This document shows positions 1-12,714 of a stretch of DNA of 64,000 nt, one piece after another (within the stretch, counting starts at the first letter, position 1; the number at the start of each line of letters is the position of its first letter). This DNA comes from Bacillus subtilis subsp. subtilis str. 168. Its GTDB lineage: Bacteria; Bacillota; Bacilli; Bacillales; Bacillaceae. The stretch spans positions 2,046,001 through 2,110,000 of the forward strand of contig NC_000964.3 of the NCBI RefSeq assembly GCF_000009045.1. Direction: 5' to 3'. The notes beneath the pieces are model-generated. The model did not search any database, was not told the DNA's origin, and saw only the letters and a list, made by a program, of their open reading frames with translations. The position numbers and the translations under genes were made by a program.

Positions 1-807
1 GGAATTCATGACATCCCCCCGCTTTTATTTTCGGGTTTGCGCCTGTTCATCGGAGCAGTTCCTTTATTTCTCATTCTCTTCATCCAAAGAAAAAAGCTTT
101 CAATTCAAAAAGAACATCTCAAAAGCTATATCATCATGAGCCTGTTGATGGGGCTGGGCTATATGGGGATTTTGACGTATGGAATGCAGTTTGTCGATTC
201 AGGGAAAACCTCTGTTTTGGTATATACAATGCCTATATTTGTTACGGTGATCAGCCATTTTTCATTAAACGAGAAAATGAATGTGTATAAAACGATGGGA
301 CTGGTCTGCGGCCTCTTCGGACTGTTATTTATATTTGGAAAGGAAATGCTCAATATCGATCAAAGCGCTTTATTTGGGGAGCTGTGCGTACTTGTGGCAG
401 CGCTTAGCTGGGGAATCGCGAATGTGTTCAGCAAGCTACAATTCAAGCATATCGATATTATTCACATGAATGCCTGGCACCTTATGATGGGAGCCGTCAT
501 GTTATTGGTGTTTTCCTTTATATTTGAGGCGGTCCCTTCAGCCGAGTGGACATATCAGGCGGTGTGGTCATTGCTGTTTAATGGCTTGCTTTCCACCGGC
601 TTTACCTTTGTCGTATGGTTTTGGGTGCTCAATCAAATCCAAGCGTCAAAAGCATCCATGGCATTAATGTTTGTTCCCGTATTGGCCCTATTCTTTGGAT
701 GGCTGCAATTGCACGAACAGATCACCATCAATATTATCCTCGGCGCACTGCTGATATGCTGCGGGATTTTTATGAATACATTTACATTTTCACGACGGAA
801 AGTGTGA
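1..807 (+). CDS. yoaV: EamA/DMT-family transporter, 5' end outside window
   Basis: Frame is open from base 1. Many hydrophobic helices in two EamA-like repeats. Position matches yoaV. Confidence 0.85.
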   Translation, partial: GIHDIPPLLFSGLRLFIGAVPLFLILFIQRKKLSIQKEHLKSYIIMSLLMGLGYMGILTYGMQFVDSGKTSVLVYTMPIFVTVISHFSLNEKMNVYKTMGLVCGLFGLLFIFGKEMLNIDQSALFGELCVLVAALSWGIANVFSKLQFKHIDIIHMNAWHLMMGAVMLLVFSFIFEAVPSAEWTYQAVWSLLFNGLLSTGFTFVVWFWVLNQIQASKASMALMFVPVLALFFGWLQLHEQITINIILGALLICCGIFMNTFTFSRRKV

Positions 808-909
808 ATGATATACATTTCCCCTGTCATTTGGGCTTCATGTGACAGGAGAAGACTATTACGAGAAAGTCTTCTAGAATCCTGACGACAGCCTATTAAA
901 CAATGAAAA

Positions 910-939
910 AAGCTAATGTCTGCATGTAGACATTAGCTT
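910..939 (-). terminator. Intrinsic terminator after yoaW
   Basis: 12-bp stem AAGCTAATGTCT/AGACATTAGCTT with an A-tract on the left (U-tract on the minus strand). Confidence 0.7.
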
Positions 940-979
940 GGCTGGCGTTTAGGCTGGTGAGAATCCAGATACTTTTTTA

Positions 980-1411
980 TTACCATTCTGGCTGATCAAA
1001 CTGAAAACCGTATAGACCTTTTACTTTAACATCTCCGCAATCTGGATCTTTTGTCAAAATCAAATAATGAGTCTTATAAGGCATCGTCTCAACTCGATCA
1101 GTTGCACTAAAATCAAAATGATCCCCCGAGAAGTTTTTTTCACTAACGGTTATTTCATATCCTGACAAAGTCATTCGCATGATTCTTGCGTTAATTGTAC
1201 ATCCTTCAGTATCGAAAATGGTGAATCTGTACCCAAAGTGAGATGTCCAATGGTTTGAATTTAGGTCATCAGACTTCATAAACCATTTTTCATTCTCTGT
1301 CATTGTAAAACTCACTTTCTCCTCATCTTTCACGATAACGGCCGAAGCTTCCCCTACATGGATAGTCAAAGCCAAAAGAAATGTAAAAGCTAACATCAAC
1401 ATCTTTTTCAA
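980..1411 (-). CDS. yoaW: Secreted protein of unknown function
   Basis: Signal peptide MKKMLMLAFTFLLAL...ASA. RBS GGAGG upstream. Confidence 0.8.
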   Translation of the reverse strand: MKKMLMLAFTFLLALTIHVGEASAVIVKDEEKVSFTMTENEKWFMKSDDLNSNHWTSHFGYRFTIFDTEGCTINARIMRMTLSGYEITVSEKNFSGDHFDFSATDRVETMPYKTHYLILTKDPDCGDVKVKGLYGFQFDQPEW

Positions 1412-1674
1412 AAGAGTTCCTCCCGATATCTTTTACTTCAATATATTGGAAGGGTCTTTTCTGATCAAGACAGTCTTCTCCAAATGAATCTTTAGCACCA
1501 TGAAATGAGCCTTAATAAGAACAGTTTTAACCCAAATCAACCTCTATTCGAAATAAGGCTTACCAATCTATATTCTTTTTAAAAGTTTCTGCATTTCTTT
1601 ATTTAGCTCCTAGACACATATAAAAAATGCTCCTATAAGTTCAGGAGCACTACAAAAAACTGCTAAAGTGTTTT

Positions 1675-2307
1675 CTATCGATTTATTGTATTCATTAGCT
1701 CAAAGAAATATTCAGGCTTTTGAGTCTTATTTAGCTTATACCATGAACGCAATGTATCTGGTGCAAATACATCTAATTTTTTCAATACTTCTACCGCAAA
1801 TTCCAGAGGAGCAATTCCTGATGCAGTAACCAAATTTTCATCAGATACTGCAGGCCCCTTTTCATAGAATGTTTCTCCTTTGTAATTAGGGCAGACCATA
1901 TTCATATAGTCGAGGTCATTGCTTGTGTGCTTTCTCGAATTTAAGTATCCTTCATTCGCGAGGCCCAAGGTTGCCCCACAAATTGCAGCAATAGTCGTGC
2001 CGAGCTTTAAAGCGTCGCCAACTTTTTTCAAGATCGGCTGATGAATATCTTCTCCCCAAGTGTTTCCTCCGGGTAAAATGATAAGATCTTGACTCCCAAG
2101 AGTACATTCGTCAAGAGAAATATCTGGTTTTATGCTTAATCCTCCCAACGTAGTTATCATTTCTTTATTAACCCCTACTGTAACTACTTTTAAAGATGCT
2201 GCATCTTGTTTAAAGTATCTCCCTGAGTTTAGTTCCGCAATTAAATATCCATATTCCCAGTCTGACATTGTGTGAAATACGTAGAGATAAACTTTTCTCG
2301 TTTGCAT
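1675..2307 (-). CDS. yoaZ: DJ-1/PfpI family protein
   Basis: DWE, LPGG and AAICGA nucleophile-elbow motifs. ATG at 2307 follows GGAG. Confidence 0.85.
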   Translation of the reverse strand: MQTRKVYLYVFHTMSDWEYGYLIAELNSGRYFKQDAASLKVVTVGVNKEMITTLGGLSIKPDISLDECTLGSQDLIILPGGNTWGEDIHQPILKKVGDALKLGTTIAAICGATLGLANEGYLNSRKHTSNDLDYMNMVCPNYKGETFYEKGPAVSDENLVTASGIAPLEFAVEVLKKLDVFAPDTLRSWYKLNKTQKPEYFFELMNTINR

Positions 2308-2532
2308 CCAATAACACTCCAATCACAATTGATAAAGCTTTCTAATAGATGACTTTGCTGACAGTCATTGTCAGCTTTTTTGTTGATTCTATTCTTATGC
2401 CCTTGTTCTCCCAACTTATAAAAATATAAGATCAATTGATTCTATGTTTACTAGCGCAAAGGGGTTTGTTACACTAACTGTCATGGGAAACATTTCAAAG
2501 GTAATACAAAATCATTTGAATGAGGAGGCCTG

Positions 2533-3453
2533 ATGAAGTTGAAAACTAAAGCGTCAATAAAATTCGGAATATGTGTTGGGCTTTTATGTTTAAGCATTAC
2601 TGGTTTCACACCTTTTTTCAACTCAACACATGCCGAAGCAAAATCCATAGAAGACACAAACATGGCAAGCTGTATAACGAATAAAAAATTTGTTCAACTT
2701 GAGAAAAAATTTGATGCCAGGCTTGGTGTTTATGCAATTGATATAGGTTCAAACAAGACAATCGCCTATCGGCCGAATGAACGATTTGCTTACGCATCAA
2801 CCTATAAAGTTCTAGCCGCAGCTGCTGTCCTGAAGAAAAACTCAATTGAAAAACTTAATGAAGTCATCCACTACAGCAAGGACGATCTTGTTACATATTC
2901 TCCAATCACAGAGAAACACCTAGATACAGGCATGAGCCTAAAAGAAATCTCGGAAGCGGCTATCCGTTACAGCGATAATACCGCTGGGAACATCTTGTTG
3001 CAACAGCTTGGCGGCCCTAAAGGTTTTGAAAAGTCACTGAAACAGATTGGGGATCATGTAACGAAAGCTAAACGATTCGAGACGGATCTAAACTCTGCGA
3101 TTCCTGGTGATATTCGTGACACCAGCACCGCAAAAGCACTGGCAACCGATCTTAAAGCCTTCACTTTAGATAACACTCTCACGACTGACAAACGCATGAT
3201 CTTAACCGATTGGATGCGAGGCAATGCTACTGGTGACGAACTGATTCGGGCAGGCGCTCCAATAGGATGGGAAGTCGGCGATAAATCCGGAGCCGGAAGT
3301 TACGGGACACGAAACGACATTGCTATCGTTTGGCCGCCAAACAGAGCTCCTATTGTTGTGGCAATTCTGTCAAACCGCTTTACGAAAGATGCTAATTATG
3401 ATAATGCTCTTATCGCTGAGGCTGCAAAAGTCGTCCTTAACGATCTCAAATAA
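2533..3453 (+). CDS. penP: Class A beta-lactamase precursor
   Basis: STYK, SDN, ExxLN and KSG motifs. Signal peptide. RBS GAGGAGG. Confidence 0.95.
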   Translation: MKLKTKASIKFGICVGLLCLSITGFTPFFNSTHAEAKSIEDTNMASCITNKKFVQLEKKFDARLGVYAIDIGSNKTIAYRPNERFAYASTYKVLAAAAVLKKNSIEKLNEVIHYSKDDLVTYSPITEKHLDTGMSLKEISEAAIRYSDNTAGNILLQQLGGPKGFEKSLKQIGDHVTKAKRFETDLNSAIPGDIRDTSTAKALATDLKAFTLDNTLTTDKRMILTDWMRGNATGDELIRAGAPIGWEVGDKSGAGSYGTRNDIAIVWPPNRAPIVVAILSNRFTKDANYDNALIAEAAKVVLNDLK

Positions 3454-3949
3454 TATGTTTAGCCTTTTGCCACAAAGGAAAAGACATTACTTTTTTAACT
3501 TCTACCGTTCATTTTTTGATGAACGGTTCTTTCATAAGACCTCTAGAATCATATATTTAAACACCACAAAATTAAACATTATTATAATTAACAGCAAGTT
3601 TTCATTTTATGGAACAAGTAAAGTTTGAATCTGACAAGAATTAAGACTAAGCACCCTAAAATCCGTTTTCTTTTCTTCCAAGAATATACTCCTTAGTGCA
3701 AGCCATTATAAAGATACAAGTGAACATACAATGCAGACAACTCTCTTAAGTCTCTTATTCTGTGACCAATTTGTAATACTCATGAATATCCGGACTCACT
3801 TCCAATATTTCGTCTCGTTCGAAGACACTAACATATCAAACCACTTGAATTAACATAACTGAACTTGATATTGGTCACTGGCAGTTTCAATGCAATAGAA
3901 CAACATTTGTTGTCTCAGAGGTTATCTATATGAGAATTCAACAATTTTT

Positions 3950-4312
3950 TTATAATAATTCATATTTTTGTATCGTTGCACTTGGTGGATTTGACTCTTT
4001 TCGTGTATGGAACCACACTTTTATTTTTTCACCTCTTTTGAGATCATCTGTGTTATCAATCTCACTTAATCCTACAATTACTATGTTATTTTTAAACTTG
4101 TTCATAAGTTGTCCTTCAGAAAGATTGTAATCTTCTTTTCCTGGAGCTTTTGTATCGGTAATGAGAATTGCCCTTTCATTGTCTTTAAGCACGACATAGC
4201 CTACTAGGCTCTGCATCTTTGTTTCGTCTCCGTTTTGTTCATTTTTATTGCAGCCTGCAAGGAAAATAATGAGCATAATGAGCACTATCAAGCTTACTCC
4301 GATTTTAGGCAT
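3950..4312 (-). CDS. yobA: Lipoprotein, YobA/DUF3221-like
   Basis: Lipobox LAGC after a hydrophobic stretch. RBS GAGGAGG. Confidence 0.85.
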   Translation of the reverse strand: MPKIGVSLIVLIMLIIFLAGCNKNEQNGDETKMQSLVGYVVLKDNERAILITDTKAPGKEDYNLSEGQLMNKFKNNIVIVGLSEIDNTDDLKRGEKIKVWFHTRKESNPPSATIQKYELL

Positions 4313-4372
4313 CTTTCTTCCTCCTCTTTAAACTCATCTTTAAAATAAACAACAGGATATCACCCAACCCAT

Positions 4373-4585
4373 CTACTTCTTTTTGCAATTCATAACAGCA
4401 GCATACTCATTCTCCAATTCCTCAACCTTCTTTTTATTCTTTCTCAAATATTTGCATGTGGTAGCCCTCGATATTATCCGCTTACTCATTTTTGCGCTTT
4501 CAAATATATTATTGAAGGCCGCTTCTTTCTGGATTCCAGCATAAATATACTTATCCTTACTGTCGTTTACTATCGCAACTTCCAT
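4373..4585 (-). CDS. Small phage-like hypothetical protein, possibly a remnant
   Basis: 70-aa basic ORF with no clear RBS. Confidence 0.4.
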   Translation of the reverse strand: MEVAIVNDSKDKYIYAGIQKEAAFNNIFESAKMSKRIISRATTCKYLRKNKKKVEELENEYAAVMNCKKK

Positions 4586-4586
4586 T

Positions 4587-5019
4587 AAAATCGAGATTTT
4601 TACTTTTTTTATGATCCATTATTCACTTCCAAAATAACTTCCAATTACAACATAATATATGTATAAATTGTAAATGGAGTTGATGTAATTGAAGATTAGG
4701 AAAATCTTATTGAGTTCTGCTTTATCCTTTGGCATGCTAATATCCGCGGTTCCCGCATTGGCTGCTGGCACTTCGTCTGAGGTTGCAGTAAAAAATGAAG
4801 AATATGATTATGACACTATATACCGCATTAGTCCTCTGCCAATGGACTTCCAGCCAACAATAGAATACAACGGTTATACTTATACGCTTACACGTCATTA
4901 TTTTGATTACTCAATCGGGTTTTACACGGCTATTTATACAAAAGTTGTTTAAACTTATAAAGGAGCTTTTTAGCTCCTTTTTCTCTTGTTTTAAGCAAGG
5001 TATTTCTTTCTATGTGGTC
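4587..5019. repeat. Copy 1 of a diverged ~430-bp direct repeat (copy 2 at 14717-15143)
   Basis: Shared ATGATCCATT...TCACTTCCAA...AAATGGAGTTGAT leader, paralogous ORF, GGAGC/GCTCC terminator and convergent PHRKKYLA* tail. Confidence 0.85.
4689..4952 (+). CDS. yobB: Small secreted Tyr-rich protein (resembles SPbeta YoqM)
   Basis: TTG start after GGAG. Signal peptide ending ALA-A. Terminator at 4960-4982. Confidence 0.8.
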   Translation: MKIRKILLSSALSFGMLISAVPALAAGTSSEVAVKNEEYDYDTIYRISPLPMDFQPTIEYNGYTYTLTRHYFDYSIGFYTAIYTKVV

Positions 5020-5328
5020 CCCTATCAAATACAACATCAACATTCTCCAGTTCTCTTTGACACGAACAAAATCTAAAGTTTGGTTTTAAATGCTGGTAAT
5101 AAAAAATTCACTTTAAAGAAGTGCCGCCCGCAAAATACGGCTTTTGTACACTACGCCAATTTTATATTGAAAAGCCAGACCTCCTCAAAGAGGTTCCAGC
5201 TTTTCTTAATGTGCTATCGATCTTCGTTAGTTCAACGGGAACTTTATCATTCGGTACAAATGCAGCCTCCCAACTTCTAGTTAGGGCTGATGGCGGAATA
5301 TCTGACGGTTCTCTACACACATCAGACA

Positions 5329-7989
<2,661 letters not shown>

Positions 7990-8039
7990 TTATAAGATGG
8001 ATATCTATAACTTTTTAACTAGAAAGCGCACGTAGTGTG

Positions 8040-8068
8040 ATTATATCACCGTGTCTGTTTTTGTGCAA
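8040..8068 (-). promoter_or_regulatory. Sigma-A promoter of pps (sense)
   Basis: Minus strand TTGCAC (8068-8063), 17 bp, TG-A-TATAAT (8045-8040), an extended -10. Confidence 0.85.
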
Positions 8069-8072
8069 TATA

Positions 8073-8105
8073 AAAAGAACCTGGGAAATTTCACCAGGTT
8101 CTTTT
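8073..8105. terminator. Bidirectional intrinsic terminator
   Basis: 12-bp stem AAAAGAACCTGG/CCAGGTTCTTTT with A- and T-tracts. Confidence 0.85.
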
Positions 8106-8598
8106 CTTAATTTCCATAGCTAGTCGCATTAAAAAACTTGGTTTGAGCTGATTCAATCCTCTAAGGAAATCCTAAAGTTGGGTTCTTTTTGAACTTACTT
8201 GCTTTGTTCGTAGAGTCCCCATTCATAAATTGGACTTTTTGTTCTTAACAGTCCCACCTTTAACTAGTATAAAGTTATGAGGATCTGGTTAACTACTAGA
8301 TATTTTTATTTTGAATAAGGCTTATGTTTGATAAAGAAGGGTTATGTAAAGGTGTCTGTTGTGAGCAAGCGCTGACTACAAAAAATTGATAGCATTCTCA
8401 TTTAAATACCATTCTATTAACCTATAGGGAAAGTTTTAAAACCAGATGGAGAATACCCTACCTCCAGCAATTCCAAGGCCGTTCACCTAGTAGAAAACAA
8501 CCTTTAACCATTACTAACGATTTTAATAATCATTGATTATAAAACTTCTCAAGGAACGATCAGCAGCCCGTTAGCTACCCCTGATTAAGGATGATCTG

Positions 8599-9243
<645 letters not shown>

Positions 9244-9867
9244 TTACCTCCTATAATATTTTTTCCGACTTTGAGGTAGCACTCGTATACATTTAAAACA
9301 TTCTTAATTACTAACGCCAAAGCTTTTGATCGTCCCCTTCAGTATAATACCACGAATTCATGAGCAAATATTAAAAGTATTTGTAATTCAATTACAAATA
9401 CCTAGAAACACATTATAAGTGGTCTTCTTCCACCATATCCTGATCCTTTTTTCGCAGGATCACAATTCTTGTTTCTAATTCAGATGGAGTAATATCTGCA
9501 ATGAATTCCCATTGAACCATTTCAAATAAAGGAGATATACATTAGAGATTGTGAAATTATTGTAGCTGCCGCTTGTCTAATGAAGGGAAGCAAATTTATG
9601 AAGAATATGAAGAACTGAAGAAGAAAACAATTAAGGTTATACTAAGAAAGAACTGCTCAATTAAAATTATTGACCAAATTTGAGGATGATAGCTTAGATC
9701 AGTTTTACAAAGAAGTTGCAAGATTTTTATTTGAAAGGGCTCTGAAAAAGAAAAAAAAGAATTGACAATCAGGGTAACTGTGGGATGTAACCGAGCCTCC
9801 AATTCAAAATAAATATCTTTAACTTTCTTTTTTTATTTAAAGAGGGACTGTATATCCCTCTTTAAAA

Positions 9868-10107
9868 TTAAGCTTTAGATTGCTGCTGAAAGTAATAAAA
9901 ATTGTACTTTTGATCAAACCCTTCTTCGCTACCACAAAGAAAAATAATGAATTCAATAAATGCGATAATAGAGGGGATACCAGTCCAGCAAAACAAAATA
10001 TATAGAATACCTTGTCCTACTCTTCCCAAATAAAACTTATGTATTCCCAGACCCCCGAAGAAAAATGCTAATAATGCCGCTACAATTTTGTTCTTCTTGC
10101 TTACCAT
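9868..10107 (-). CDS. yozV: TM2-domain small membrane protein
   Basis: KNKIVAALLAFFFGGLGIHKFYLG TM2 signature. RBS AGGAGG. Confidence 0.85.
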   Translation of the reverse strand: MVSKKNKIVAALLAFFFGGLGIHKFYLGRVGQGILYILFCWTGIPSIIAFIEFIIFLCGSEEGFDQKYNFYYFQQQSKA

Positions 10108-10277
10108 GACTTCCTCCTAGTTCATTGCTACCATTTTTAAAGTAATGCTTTCACATTATAATGCATTTTCCGCCAGAAATCGTGAAAATTTTGAAATTCT
10201 TTTGAGATTTTTTATTTTATTGAGAAATGAAAGCTCATATAATTGAACTAGATGGTTTTGGGAGGCATTTATTCAAA

Positions 10278-10616
10278 ATGTATTGCCAAAGATTACGGCA
10301 ATTACGAAAGGCACACAAATTAACAATGGAACAGTTAGCTGAGAAAATTGGAATTGCAAAATCAAGTTACGGCGGGTATGAAGCTGAAAGCAAAAAACCA
10401 CCATTGGACAAGTTGGTTATTTTAGCTAGACTATATGATGTTTCAGTTGATTACATACTTGGATTAACAGATGATCCTGATCCTAAAGTGGAAAGAAAAA
10501 ATCTAAAAGAGTTTTTAGAAAAACCAGATATTCACTGGGATGGATATAAACTTACCCCTGAGATATTAGATCCTATACGGAAAATTTTGAAGTTGGTTAC
10601 TGCAAACAACAATTAA
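10278..10616 (+). CDS. yobD: XRE-family HTH regulator (phage repressor-like)
   Basis: RLRQLRKAHKLTMEQLAEKIGIAKSSYGGYE...YDVSVDYILG. ATG at 10278 after GGAGG. Confidence 0.9.
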   Translation: MYCQRLRQLRKAHKLTMEQLAEKIGIAKSSYGGYEAESKKPPLDKLVILARLYDVSVDYILGLTDDPDPKVERKNLKEFLEKPDIHWDGYKLTPEILDPIRKILKLVTANNN

Positions 10617-10638
10617 AAAAGCCCTCATAAGGGCTTTT
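10615..10638. terminator. Bidirectional terminator between yobD and yozH
   Basis: AAAAGCCCT-cata-AGGGCTTTT. Confidence 0.75.
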
Positions 10639-10649
10639 GCATAAAACAA

Positions 10650-11003
10650 TTATTTCATTGAATTTTCTGGACTCATTTCAAGAAGTTTATTCATGATGAT
10701 AGCTAAACTTTCACCAGCTTTTTGTAGCTTCTCACCTGCTTTTATCAGAGTAATTAAAGCACTTAAAAAGTCCACTAAGCTATTTTGATTTATTGCAACT
10801 GTTTCTTTATAAGCTTTGTAAGCTTCTTCAAACTGATCAAATTGCACACCTTTCATAGCAACAACAGCTAATTTATCTGAAATATTTCCATATGACTCTG
10901 TTAAACTAAAAAATCTTTTGACATTGATTAGTAAGGCAATGCACTTTAAATAATCGTGCCCCAGACCAATATGTAAATTGCCTGCAGCAAACAGCAAATC
11001 GTT
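10650..11003 (-). CDS. yozH: Hypothetical helical protein, start uncertain
   Basis: Open frame of 117-154 aa. Position matches yozH. Confidence 0.5.
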   Translation of the reverse strand, partial: NDLLFAAGNLHIGLGHDYLKCIALLINVKRFFSLTESYGNISDKLAVVAMKGVQFDQFEEAYKAYKETVAINQNSLVDFLSALITLIKAGEKLQKAGESLAIIMNKLLEMSPENSMK

Positions 11004-11049
11004 CAAAACTGTGTACGGTTCACCATTCCTTGCAACTGTCTCAATCCCT

Positions 11050-11184
11050 TTGTATAAGTATAATAAAAAGACAAATGAATTTTTATCTGTGGAACGCTCA
11101 GGTAATAAGGACACTATAATAACTTACTTTAAGCCAAAACATCCAAATAAAAAGGCTGGTTATAATTATTATAAAAATCAATAG
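11050..11184 (+). pseudogene. C-terminal tip of a polymorphic toxin
   Basis: YKYNKKTNEFLSV...TIITYFKP...GYNYYKNQ* resembles common toxin C-termini and sits directly before an immunity-like gene. No start or RBS. Confidence 0.55.
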
Positions 11185-11213
11185 GAACTATAAATATATA
11201 AAGAGGGATTGCT

Positions 11214-11579
11214 ATGCCAAAATTATATACATGTTTAATTTGCGGATATAAAGGATTAATTCAAAACCCATTAAACAATGATGGTGAGTATCAAAAAACA
11301 TTTGATATCTGCCCTTGCTGTGATTTTGAATACGGCTACAGTGAAGATCATGACGTAAGCTTAGGTTTTATTGTAACTCCAGATTATTTAATTGACGCTG
11401 CAATTCAGTTATACCGAAAACAGTGGATTGAGAATGGAATGAAAACTGCAAATCCTGAAGATATTCCAGAAGAATTAAGAAACGGTGACTGCTTAAAATT
11501 CGAGGTGTTGTTAAAGCAATTGAATAGCCTAAATCTCGATACTGAAAACTTTGAAATCAAGGGATTTAATGGTTATTAA
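11214..11579 (+). CDS. yozI: Zn-ribbon (CxxC...CPCC) protein, probable immunity protein
   Basis: YTCLICGY and DICPCCDFEYG motifs. RBS GAGGG. Confidence 0.75.
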   Translation: MPKLYTCLICGYKGLIQNPLNNDGEYQKTFDICPCCDFEYGYSEDHDVSLGFIVTPDYLIDAAIQLYRKQWIENGMKTANPEDIPEELRNGDCLKFEVLLKQLNSLNLDTENFEIKGFNGY

Positions 11580-11800
11580 GCAGATCCAAGCCCCCATATG
11601 GGGGCGTTCTTATTATTGTACAGTCTATCAGAACTATTTATAGAAAAACTATTTAATGTATTGTATAAATATCACTGACCTTTTCTTTCTCCATTCAACT
11701 TCCTTAACCCTCAACTGTTTGCTGCTGCATCACATTCCTCCTTTTTGATTTTTGTGTATCAAGCCTGTACAATATTCAAAAACCCTAAAGGATGATGAAC

Positions 11801-12460
11801 ATGTGTGGCAAGTTCACTTTATTTTCTGAGTTTGATGACATCATTGAGCAATTCAACATAGATCAATTCTTACCTGAAGGTGAATATCACCCTAGCTATA
11901 ATGTCGCTCCTTCACAAAACATCCTGACAATTATCAACGATGGATCTAATAACCGTCTGGGTAAACTTAGATGGGGTCTTATCCCTCCTTGTGCTAAAGA
12001 CGAAAAGATCGGTTATAAAATGATTAATGCTCGTGCTGAAACATTGGCCGAGAAACCCAGCTTTCGAAAGCCGCTCGGAAGCAAACGTTGTATCATACCG
12101 GCTGACAGTTTTTATGAATGGAAACGCCTTGATCCAAAGACTAAGATTCCTATGCGGATTAAACTTAAATCGTCGAATCTCTTTGCTTTTGCCGGCTTAT
12201 ATGAAAAGTGGAACACGCTAGAAGGCAATCTGTTGTACACTTGCACAATCATCACAATAAAGCCTAGTGAGCTTATGGAAGACATTCATGATCGGATGCC
12301 AGTTATCCTAACTGATGAGAACAAAAAGGAATGGCTAAATCCTAAAAATACTGATCCTGATTATCTACAAAGCTTGTTGCTGCCTTATGATGCTGATGAC
12401 ATGGAAGCATATCAGGTATCTTCATTAGTGAATTCACCTGAGCTCATTGAATCCCATTAA
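11801..12460 (+). CDS. yobE: SRAP (SOS-response-associated peptidase, abasic-site protector)
   Basis: N-terminal MCGKF (Cys2), YNVAP, WGL, INARAET, FYEW and IHDRMP motifs. Confidence 0.92.
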   Translation: MCGKFTLFSEFDDIIEQFNIDQFLPEGEYHPSYNVAPSQNILTIINDGSNNRLGKLRWGLIPPCAKDEKIGYKMINARAETLAEKPSFRKPLGSKRCIIPADSFYEWKRLDPKTKIPMRIKLKSSNLFAFAGLYEKWNTLEGNLLYTCTIITIKPSELMEDIHDRMPVILTDENKKEWLNPKNTDPDYLQSLLLPYDADDMEAYQVSSLVNSPELIESH

Positions 12461-12529
12461 GTACCACTGCCATATCGCTTTATATACCACCTCCTCTTAG
12501 CTAATATGTTCTAAGTAGGAGGTGGTATT

Positions 12530-12628
12530 TTGTTTGTATCTCCAATGCTATTGCATTCAATAAAAGAGCCTTTTGATGACGAGAGCTATATCACTGAGCT
12601 TAAATTATCAAGACTAAAATTAAAATAA
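12530..12628 (+). pseudogene. Truncated ATP-dependent DNA ligase (SPbeta LigB-like) N-terminus
   Basis: RBS AGGAGG plus TTG gives MFVSPMLLHSIKEPFDDESYITELK, then unrelated sequence where motif I KxDG should continue. Confidence 0.75.
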
Positions 12629-12714
12629 GGGCTCATACATAGTTGATATATATAATATGTATTGAGACCTTTATTGAACAAACGCCCCGTTTGTTAAAGT
12701 GGAAATCTCTATAA

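Larger units (their letters stand above)
7992..8106 (+). ncRNA. Predicted ~115-nt antisense transcript across the pps promoter
   Basis: Inferred from the 7957-7985 promoter and the 8073-8105 terminator. No ORF with RBS in between. Confidence 0.6.

Noticed and set aside
2464-2490. GTTTGT-N15-GGGAAA sigma-B-like motif before penP
   Set aside because: The spacer is longer than the usual 12-14 bp and there is no other support.
9596-9802. 68-aa minus-strand ORF
   Set aside because: No RBS and low-complexity composition. The opposite strand looks more protein-like.
11640-11745. RBS AGGAGG with minus-strand MQQQTVEG*
   Set aside because: Probably a frameshifted phage remnant, but too short to support a call.
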